This document shows positions 37,083 to 43,961 of a DNA stretch of 57,563 nucleotides, one piece after another. This DNA is from an uncultured Planctomycetales bacterium (GTDB taxonomy: Bacteria > Omnitrophota > Gorgyraeia > Gygaellales > Profunditerraquicolaceae). Both the position numbers and the translations under genes were made by a program. Position 1 is the first letter of the stretch; each line of letters begins with the position of its first letter. The stretch lies in contig CAZJFL010000002.1 in NCBI GenBank assembly GCA_964545575.1, positions 1 to 57,563 on the forward strand. Direction: 5' to 3'. Below the pieces are notes generated by a model, which was not told where the DNA came from, made no database searches, and saw only the letters and a program-made list of their open reading frames with translations.

Positions 37083-38635
37083 TACCTAAAAACCTGGGGG
37101 AACTCTTAAACTTAAGCGCTCGGCGCTACCCGAAACGAGTAGCCATTGTCTTTGGCCAGAAAAAGATAAGCTACAAAACTTTAAATGACTCAACCGATCA
37201 TCTTGCTGCCGGGCTGATCCACCTAGGCATTAAAAAGCAGGATAAAGTAGCGATATTCCTGGATAACTGCCCGGAGTTTATGATCAGCTATTTTTCTATT
37301 CTTAAGGCCGGGGCAGTAGTAGTGCCGGTTAATTATATGCTCAAGATAGAGGAGGCCAGGTTTATCCTGCAGGATAGTTCGGCAAAGTGCCTGATCACTT
37401 CCCGCGCTTATCTGGATATGGCAGAGGAATTAAGGCTCAGGATAGATAGTTTAAAAGATATTGTGACCACTACCAAGACCAAAAGCAATGTTTTAGATTT
37501 CCACGCTCTAAGGAGAGATCCCCGCGGCGCGCTGGATAAAGTGTCTCCTGACCCCGGTGACCTGGCAGTGGTTTTATATACCTCCGGGACAACCGGGTTT
37601 CCTAAAGGAGCGATGCTGTCGCACTACAACCTTATCTCCAACGCCCTGGATTCGGTCGGCGCGATAAAGGCTGATTACAAAGACAGCTTTATCTGTATCT
37701 TGCCGTTATTCCATTCCTTTGCCGCTACCGTCTGTATGAACATGCCGCTGGCAGCGGGGGCAAAAATAGTGGTGATGAAATCCGTCCGGCCCTTTAAACG
37801 CGTCATCCGCGCCATCAGGAAAAACAGGGTGAGTGTTTTTGTGGCAGTGCCTTCGATTTATAATATACTCAAAAACATGAAATTGCCCAAACTGTTTAAC
37901 AGCATGCTGATTAAATTGTTTAATCCGGTAAAAATATGTATTTCAGGAGCAGCGGCTTTGCCGGTGGAGACCTTCCGCGGCTTTGAAAAAAAGTTCCGCA
38001 TCCCGTTGCTGGAGGGTTATGGTTTGACCGAGGCATCTCCGGTAGTCACCCTCAATCCCTTAAGAGGCCCCAGAAGAGCCGGTTCCATCGGAGTAGGCCT
38101 ATCCGGCAATATCGCATTAAAGATTATTGATGGGAAAGGCAATGCCCTCGCCTCCGGCCAAATCGGAGAACTTCTGGTTAAGGGCCCCAACGTGATGCAG
38201 GGCTATTATAAGCAGGAGGAGGCCTCAAGAGAAGCCTTAAGAGATAGCTGGCTTTATACCGGAGATATGGCTAAGTGTGACGCCGCAGGTTACTTTTATA
38301 TTGTGGGCAGGAAAAAAGAAATGATTAATGTCCGGGGTTTGAATGTTTACCCCAGAGAGATAGAGGAGGTACTTTACCAGAATCCCAAAGTCAAAGAAGC
38401 CGCGGTAATCGGCATAGCGGATACCCATAAAGGAGAGGTGCCCAAGGGGTTTGTGGTTTTAAAGGAAAACGAATCCGCCGTGGAACATGAGATTATCCAG
38501 TACTTAAGGGACAAGTTAGCCGCCTATAAGATACCCAAGTATATTGAGTTTCGCGCCAGCCTCCCTAAGAATACCACAGGCAAGGTCCTGAAGCGCCTGC
38601 TCCAAGAGGAAGAAGTTAAAAAATATAAAGCATGA
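37079..38635 (+). CDS. long-chain acyl-CoA synthetase (AMP-forming)
   Basis: YTSGTTGFPKGA (AMP-binding motif), GYGLTE, YTGD, and a C-terminal GKVLKR. Confidence 0.92.
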   Translation: MIPKNLGELLNLSARRYPKRVAIVFGQKKISYKTLNDSTDHLAAGLIHLGIKKQDKVAIFLDNCPEFMISYFSILKAGAVVVPVNYMLKIEEARFILQDSSAKCLITSRAYLDMAEELRLRIDSLKDIVTTTKTKSNVLDFHALRRDPRGALDKVSPDPGDLAVVLYTSGTTGFPKGAMLSHYNLISNALDSVGAIKADYKDSFICILPLFHSFAATVCMNMPLAAGAKIVVMKSVRPFKRVIRAIRKNRVSVFVAVPSIYNILKNMKLPKLFNSMLIKLFNPVKICISGAAALPVETFRGFEKKFRIPLLEGYGLTEASPVVTLNPLRGPRRAGSIGVGLSGNIALKIIDGKGNALASGQIGELLVKGPNVMQGYYKQEEASREALRDSWLYTGDMAKCDAAGYFYIVGRKKEMINVRGLNVYPREIEEVLYQNPKVKEAAVIGIADTHKGEVPKGFVVLKENESAVEHEIIQYLRDKLAAYKIPKYIEFRASLPKNTTGKVLKRLLQEEEVKKYKA

Positions 38636-39375
38636 AAATAAAAGCAAAAATGGTTTTTATTTTATTACCGGCTCTTTTTGTGGCGGCTTTAGCCCTGGCA
38701 GCCCAAAATATGGGGGGGCTTCAAGTAGGGCGGCTTTACCCTGAACGCGCCGGAGAGGAGATAACCTATGAGGTCAAACTCGGCAATCTCTGGGTGGGTG
38801 AGGCCAGGTTTAAGTATAAGGGAAGAGTAGACTCTAACGGCAGGGCACTTAACCTACTGGTTTTTGAAACCCGGGTGATCAACTTTGCGGATACCGAGAA
38901 TATCTACAGCGATCCTGGAAACTTTCTTCCGGTCAGGATTGAGCGGGAGGTTATCACCTTATTTAAAAGGGAATATATTAGTGAAAATTATGACCAGAAA
39001 AACCACCGGGTTACAATCACCAAAAATAACGGTAAGGCCACCACTGAACAGCGGGTGATTAGCAGCAACGACGTAATCCATAATGCCATTTTGTTTCCTT
39101 ATGCCGTACGCGACCTGCCGGATTTGGTGGTCGGATGCGAATTCAGGGTAAACCTGCCTAAACGCACCCTGCGGGTAAAGCTGGTTTCCATAGAGAACTT
39201 AAAGCTTGGGAATAAGGTTTTTCAGGCCTTCCGCTTTGAAAGCACCCCTAAACAGATAGCAGTCTGGATCAGCACTGACGCGCTCAGAATTCCCCTGAAA
39301 ATAGAAGGGGCAGGGGTATTCGGTTATACCCTGATTCTTAAGAGTTATCGCGGCCAGCCAATCCGATCCCTCTAA
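38632..39375 (+). CDS. secreted DUF3108-like protein
   Basis: Signal peptide (ALALAAQN) and a beta-rich body resembling DUF3108. Confidence 0.65.
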   Translation: MKIKAKMVFILLPALFVAALALAAQNMGGLQVGRLYPERAGEEITYEVKLGNLWVGEARFKYKGRVDSNGRALNLLVFETRVINFADTENIYSDPGNFLPVRIEREVITLFKREYISENYDQKNHRVTITKNNGKATTEQRVISSNDVIHNAILFPYAVRDLPDLVVGCEFRVNLPKRTLRVKLVSIENLKLGNKVFQAFRFESTPKQIAVWISTDALRIPLKIEGAGVFGYTLILKSYRGQPIRSL

Positions 39376-39430
39376 TTTTCCTGTCAGAGAAGATCCTGTT
39401 TTGCCTCTAAATGTCAGGCTTAAAAAAAAT

Positions 39431-39446
39431 AAGTAAGAAGAAGTAA
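39431..39446 (-). repeat. two 10-bp-phased TTACTT motifs (reverse orientation)
   Basis: AAGTAA at 39431 and 39441 on the + strand. Confidence 0.5.
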
Positions 39447-39596
39447 ATCGAAATCGGCTTATCCACAGGGAAATACCATTTTGCTGTAATTCCTTATATA
39501 CAAAGGAGTTATAGCAATTTATTTCCTTTGCTCAAGTTAACATAAGATATCTTATAGGCACAAGTGCGACATACCGAAGATAAATAAAAATCCTGT

Positions 39597-39803
39597 TTAT
39601 AAAGCAGTTTTTGGCTCGTTTTCTTTTAAATACCTGCTAATTTGGGCTAATTCTTCTTTGCTTGGCTTGGCCTTTTCTTTAATCCACCTTTGTATTGTCC
39701 GGGGGCTAACCCCTAGATATTTCGCAAGATCCTTGGTTTCATAGCTGTCGGAATAAAAATGAAACTCATGCAATTTATACCACTCTTGTAGTTCTTTATC
39801 CAT
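39597..39803 (-). CDS. small helix-turn-helix protein
   Basis: DLAKYLGVSPRTIQRWIKE HTH signature. Confidence 0.6.
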   Translation of the reverse strand: MDKELQEWYKLHEFHFYSDSYETKDLAKYLGVSPRTIQRWIKEKAKPSKEELAQISRYLKENEPKTAL

Positions 39804-39813
39804 TCCTCGCTCC

Positions 39814-40638
39814 TCATGCCGAACCAGCTAAAAACCGCTCATATTTACGCTCTAAAAACAGCCTATTTTGGGCATTTTTATATAGAATATTGAATAATTT
39901 AACGCTATCTTTGTGGTCATATATAAACATATAGCTCCATCCGTTCTTCGTCTTTTGAATATATATGGTCCTTTTAGGCATACCTAATGACTCAAGGCTC
40001 TGCTGTAATCCTATAATAAAATCTTTAGAACTACTGACAAATTTTGACCTTAAGGGGAATTTTGGCCGGCGTTTATCAAAAAAAACGCTCCCATCTCCGT
40101 CAAAAACGCCTCTTATAAAATCCGCTAGATAAGCTTCCGGAACGTTGGGAAATTGAACTATCAGGCTTTTCTTGGGCACAACGCATAATTTCTTTAGATC
40201 CTTAACTATTTTTTCTCTAGAAAAGTGGTAACAATAGAGTCTTTTTTGATGCCTAGATGGAGTTATTTTATGTGCCGAACCCATAACTTTTTTAACTTTT
40301 TCAAGTAACTCTTTGTCATTCATACTAAGAGAAACGGTTCCTGCCCCTGAAATACAGCCATCTGTAATGATTAGGCCTAATACATATGCCATTTCTGGCG
40401 ACCAATCGCTAAAGAAATTCTCGTTTATATCAAAGAATTGCTGCGTTAATTTGCCCTGTTTTTGGGCCTCAATTCGAGCCTCTGATTTAGAGCGCTGGGC
40501 TATGCCGAATTTCTTAAGTTTTTTATAAACCGCTATGCGAGAAACCTTGTATAATCTGGCTATATCTTCTAAAGACTTCTTCTTATTTATATAAAGATCG
40601 GTTAAATTTTCTTTATTTAAATCGTTTAATTTAGCCAT
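39814..40638 (-). CDS. free-standing HTH + double-motif LAGLIDADG endonuclease-like protein
   Basis: N-terminal HTH (LEDIARLYKVSRIAVYKKL). Two LAGLIDADG motifs (AYVLGLIITDGCI and LADFIRGVFDGDGSV). Confidence 0.85.
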   Translation of the reverse strand: MAKLNDLNKENLTDLYINKKKSLEDIARLYKVSRIAVYKKLKKFGIAQRSKSEARIEAQKQGKLTQQFFDINENFFSDWSPEMAYVLGLIITDGCISGAGTVSLSMNDKELLEKVKKVMGSAHKITPSRHQKRLYCYHFSREKIVKDLKKLCVVPKKSLIVQFPNVPEAYLADFIRGVFDGDGSVFFDKRRPKFPLRSKFVSSSKDFIIGLQQSLESLGMPKRTIYIQKTKNGWSYMFIYDHKDSVKLFNILYKNAQNRLFLERKYERFLAGSA

Positions 40639-40956
40639 CTATAGTGTCTTTCTCAAGAGGATAATCTTGTAGCTACCTCCCTGTATTTTGATAATCTTCC
40701 CGTTGACCAGGGCGTCAGCCACTGTCTGGCGCGCTCTTTTGAGGATCCGGTTTAGGGTCGGTTGCGAGATATGCATTGACTTTGCCGTTTCTTTTTGGCT
40801 TAAGCCGGTGAAATCGGCGAGCCTAATCGCCTCAAACTCCTCCATCTTCAGCTCTACCTGATCCGGCCTGCCAGGCCTGCCCCGGGGGCTAAATTGGCTA
40901 ATCCGGGGGTCCAGGCGCACAATCCGGTATTTTTTAGGTCTGCCTCTAGGCTGCAT
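40639..40956 (-). CDS. DUF134 (UPF0251) DNA-binding protein
   Basis: RGRPKK...F.PRG...V.L..EE.EA.RL.D (LKMEEFEAIRLADFTGLSQKE) plus a sigma-70 region-4-like HTH. Its stop abuts the LAGLIDADG start. Confidence 0.85.
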   Translation of the reverse strand: MQPRGRPKKYRIVRLDPRISQFSPRGRPGRPDQVELKMEEFEAIRLADFTGLSQKETAKSMHISQPTLNRILKRARQTVADALVNGKIIKIQGGSYKIILLRKTL

Positions 40957-40957
40957 T

Positions 40958-40977
40958 TTACTTAAACTTACTTACTT
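40958..40977 (+). repeat. phased TTACTT motifs directly upstream of the DUF134 start
   Basis: TTACTT at 40958 and 40968 (10-nt phase), plus 40972. Confidence 0.5.
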
Positions 40978-41063
40978 TTTCCGCCACAATGCTTGGCGGA
41001 TGCGCCAATATTTGTGGCGCAAACCCCCTATTTATTATGAATAATTATCCATAAATAGCCAAT

Positions 41064-41095
41064 ATAAAAAGGCCTTTGCAGCGAAGCTAGGCCCT
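41064..41095 (-). terminator. rho-independent terminator
   Basis: On the minus strand: GGCCT-loop-AGGCC followed by TTTTTAT, just after the stop at 41104. Confidence 0.6.
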
Positions 41096-41103
41096 TTTAA
41101 TTT

Positions 41104-41289
41104 TTAAATCTCGGCGTCCTTAACTAACTTGCGGTAATAATCTATACACTGATGACAGGTTTTGCCTTCTTTTTTCCACTCCGGGTGGGCTTTCTGGATT
41201 AATTGCAAAAGGTATTCTTCGGCTTTAATATGCGAGATGCTGACATAATCATCGATATCCCGATCACAGAGCTGGCACCTGTATTTCAT
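41104..41289 (-). CDS. small Cys4 (zinc-ribbon-like) protein
   Basis: MKYRCQLCDR...CHQC. ATGA overlap with the upstream gene. Confidence 0.5.
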   Translation of the reverse strand: MKYRCQLCDRDIDDYVSISHIKAEEYLLQLIQKAHPEWKKEGKTCHQCIDYYRKLVKDAEI

Positions 41290-41468
41290 CTGATGCAATC
41301 CGATCTCCAGCAGCAGAGTTGTTGGTCGCAAGAGCCGCGGGCAGTGCCGAAACAGTCAAAGCTACCTTCAGAGCGCTGGATCTGTTTGATCAGCTCTTTT
41401 TTAGAAAACTTCCAGGTATCTTTGATCCTTAAGTTGCGGGCTTTCTTTTCTATTTCCGTAAGCCTCAT
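41286..41468 (-). CDS. Rho-N/SAP-like small protein with C-terminal CFGT..CDQ..C.WR.DC motif
   Basis: N-terminal helix-extended-helix (LTEIEKKARNLRIK...KKELIKQIQ) and a conserved Cys-rich tail. Confidence 0.55.
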   Translation of the reverse strand: MRLTEIEKKARNLRIKDTWKFSKKELIKQIQRSEGSFDCFGTARGSCDQQLCCWRSDCIR

Positions 41469-41481
41469 ACTCCACCTCCCC

Positions 41482-41877
41482 TTAAACTTTATAAATTATA
41501 TCGTGTTGCCTTACCCGTGAATTGACCTGAAAGCCTATTTCGTCGCCTTTTTTAGCGGAATCGACCACCACGTGGTTAATCTGTATGGAAGCGATGGTTT
41601 GGGTAAAGTCAGTAGTATGGCCCTTGATTTTGATGGTGTCTCCCACCGCTAAAGGCGCCTTTAATTTTGTCACTGCTGCCTGGACATGCGGGAAATAATG
41701 CGTAACCTTTCCTATGACCGTGCCTTGTTCTTTAGGTTTAGCTGCAGGAGCAAGAGCCTTGCGTTTTTTAGCTACAGGCTTTCTTTTACGGGGTTTTAGA
41801 GCAACCTTTCTTTTGACCGCCCTCTTTTTAAGGGTTATTTTCTTCTTTTTTACCGCTTTCTTCTTTTTTTTCGCCAT
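41482..41877 (-). CDS. Lys-rich (histone-H1-like) N-terminus + translation-elongation-factor-like beta-barrel domain protein
   Basis: About 50 aa of K/R/A/P-rich sequence, then IGKVTHYFPHVQAAV...VGDTIKIKGHTTDF...KGDEIGFQV (EF-Tu domain-2-like). Confidence 0.65.
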   Translation of the reverse strand: MAKKKKKAVKKKKITLKKRAVKRKVALKPRKRKPVAKKRKALAPAAKPKEQGTVIGKVTHYFPHVQAAVTKLKAPLAVGDTIKIKGHTTDFTQTIASIQINHVVVDSAKKGDEIGFQVNSRVRQHDIIYKV

Positions 41878-41895
41878 TTCCCCCTCCCTTTTATT

Positions 41896-42225
41896 TTAAA
41901 GTATCACCTTATCGGCGATATTTGAAATTACCGGCATGCGCCCATAATTACCCGCTAGTGCCTGCCAGATGCCCCATAAGGAAGCCAGGCTAAATACTAC
42001 TATTGCCGCTATTCTTATCGCTACACCCACAAAAGGGATAATCGAGAGAATAAATGCCCCCACCTCAAAGACAAATAATACTAAGCCTTGCTTGGCATGA
42101 TAGAGCGCAAACTTATTATCCTTTTTTAGGCTCAAACTGATGATGCAAAAGAAAGCAAGGTAAGAAATCAAAGCAAAAACCTTACCTTCCTGTATTTGTT
42201 TATCTGCTTCGGATATATCGCTCAA
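41896..42225 (-). CDS. DUF4870-like small membrane protein
   Basis: Three TM segments and an ALYHAKQGL motif. Confidence 0.65.
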   Translation of the reverse strand: MSDISEADKQIQEGKVFALISYLAFFCIISLSLKKDNKFALYHAKQGLVLFVFEVGAFILSIIPFVGVAIRIAAIVVFSLASLWGIWQALAGNYGRMPVISNIADKVIL

Positions 42226-42229
42226 TTTA

Positions 42230-43318
42230 TTATCCCGCCGCCTTTACCTCTACGAGGGAGTCCATTTCGCCGTAGGGGTTAACCTCTTTGTGGGGGTTAG
42301 CCGGGTCTTCGGTCCATTTTCCGTCAATCACAAAACGATAATGGTGCTGGCCGGGGGCAAGCCTTAATTTTTTGGTCCAGGCACCGTTATGTTGCTCCAT
42401 GCGGCTTTTATGGTCCAGCTGCCAGCCGTTAAAATCTCCTGCGACATAAACTTCTCCTGCCCCGGGCGCAGACACCGAGAATATAGTTTCAAGAAACCTG
42501 GGGAGCTCTTCTTTGAGTATCTCCTCCATTTTTTCCCTTAACTTCGGCATGTCTAAGGGTGTTGCTTCCTGCGTGATCACCTCACGCGATAAGCTAAAAT
42601 AATCTTTTGCCCCGCGGCAGTACTTATCGTAGCTTAGGATATGCCTGCCTTCGTTTTGCGCCTCTTTAAGCTTTACATTTACGTGGATGATGGTGCTAAA
42701 CATGCGGTTAGGGAAAGCCGCTTTTACTTTGTTTAAGATTTTGAAGGAGTGCTGCAGGCGCGAATCGAAGTTGATCACTAAGATGCGGTAATCCACCACA
42801 TGTTTTAGTCTGTCTCTAATGAGGTTGATGATTTCCGTAATCTGGCTTAAGCCTTCCAGGGAGAACCTGCTTGCCTCTACAGGGATGATTATTTCATCCG
42901 ATGCGCGGATAGCATTTATGGTTAAGATGCCTAAACTTGGCGGGCAGTCGATGAGGATATAGTCGTAATTGTCTTTGATGCTATCCAGTACTTCCCAGAG
43001 CCGCGATTCCCTGCCGATTTCTCCGGCTAATTCCTGTTCCAGGGTGCTTAAGACTATTCCCGAAGGGGCGATATCAAAATTAGCGCCGATATGCTGGATG
43101 ATATCCGCAAGCTTTGCCTTTTGGTGCGTCAGTTTGGAGAGGACATTATAAATACTTAAGTCTGATTGAATGTTAAGCCCGAGGGTGGCGTGTGACTGGG
43201 GGTCTAAGTCTATCAAAAGGACGCGCCGGGCATTAGCCGCCAGGGAGGCAGCCAGATTTACGGCGGTGGTAGTTTTGCCGCAACCCCCTTTTTGGTTAGC
43301 GATAGAAATGATGCGCAT
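42230..43318 (-). CDS. ParA/MinD-family ATPase fused to C-terminal CBM48/AMPK-beta-like glycogen-binding domain
   Basis: Deviant Walker A NQKGGCGKTTT, LLIDLDPQ, ILIDCPPSLG. The C-terminus VYVAGDFNGWQ...HHYRFVIDGKWTEDPANP matches the glycogen-binding module pattern. Confidence 0.85.
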   Translation of the reverse strand: MRIISIANQKGGCGKTTTAVNLAASLAANARRVLLIDLDPQSHATLGLNIQSDLSIYNVLSKLTHQKAKLADIIQHIGANFDIAPSGIVLSTLEQELAGEIGRESRLWEVLDSIKDNYDYILIDCPPSLGILTINAIRASDEIIIPVEASRFSLEGLSQITEIINLIRDRLKHVVDYRILVINFDSRLQHSFKILNKVKAAFPNRMFSTIIHVNVKLKEAQNEGRHILSYDKYCRGAKDYFSLSREVITQEATPLDMPKLREKMEEILKEELPRFLETIFSVSAPGAGEVYVAGDFNGWQLDHKSRMEQHNGAWTKKLRLAPGQHHYRFVIDGKWTEDPANPHKEVNPYGEMDSLVEVKAAG

Positions 43319-43334
43319 TAATCCCTCCTCTTTA

Positions 43335-43895
43335 TTATTTTAACAGGCTGATATTGTCAAGATAAGCGATGCCGTTTTTCTCTTTTGCGTTCCATTCCTC
43401 CACGATAAAAGAAAGGCTGGTAGCTTGCGATAATCTGGCGATGCCTTTAAAATCCGCCAGATTTATTTTATACTCCTGCCATTTATAGGGTAAGTCTTTG
43501 ATATAGACTGCGGATTTCTCTTTGAAGCCGCTGGTAAGTTCAATCTTTAAGTTTATTTTATTGAAATAGCCGGTTTTCCTGGCCGCAAAAGATAACACCC
43601 TAAAGCGCGATAAGTTTAAGCGGTTTAGCTTTATAGTATAGGCTTCCTTTTTGGCAGGGTTAAAATTAAAGTTAATTTTTACGGTTTCCGGTTGGAGGAT
43701 TAAAGCGATTTCAGAATCAGGCGGGGTTTTGCCAAGAGGGCCAAGGACCAAAACAACGAGTATCAAGGCAAGCGGAATACCCGCCCAGAGTATTTTTTTA
43801 AAGCCCAGAGGGTATCTCCGGCCCTTCTTTTTACGCTTAGAAGAAGCATCCAGGTAGATTTTTGCCAGATGTTCGTAGATATCTTTTTTGTCCAT
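43335..43895 (-). CDS. membrane-anchored protein with C-terminal beta-sandwich (CBM/CIA30-like?) domain
   Basis: I chose the start at MDKKDIY, downstream of a promoter-like site. Basic stretch, one TM helix, and a C-terminal ...GIAYLDNISLL. Confidence 0.55.
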   Translation of the reverse strand: MDKKDIYEHLAKIYLDASSKRKKKGRRYPLGFKKILWAGIPLALILVVLVLGPLGKTPPDSEIALILQPETVKINFNFNPAKKEAYTIKLNRLNLSRFRVLSFAARKTGYFNKINLKIELTSGFKEKSAVYIKDLPYKWQEYKINLADFKGIARLSQATSLSFIVEEWNAKEKNGIAYLDNISLLK

Positions 43896-43928
43896 AAAAC
43901 TGAAGAAAAGTCCTGAATTATCTTTATT

Positions 43929-43957
43929 TTTATAGCACAAAAACCCTTATCTGTCAA
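43929..43957 (-). promoter_or_regulatory. sigma70-like promoter
   Basis: Minus strand: TTGACA, 17-nt spacer, TATAAA. Confidence 0.45.
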
Positions 43958-43961
43958 GGAT

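Noticed and set aside
39814-40638. Considered whether the LAGLIDADG protein is an intein- or group I intron-encoded endonuclease.
   Set aside because: There are no flanking extein sequences in frame and no Hint/splicing motifs (no C-terminal HN plus nucleophile). No rRNA, tRNA or intron-like structured RNA surrounds it. It has its own HTH domain and is translationally coupled to DUF134.
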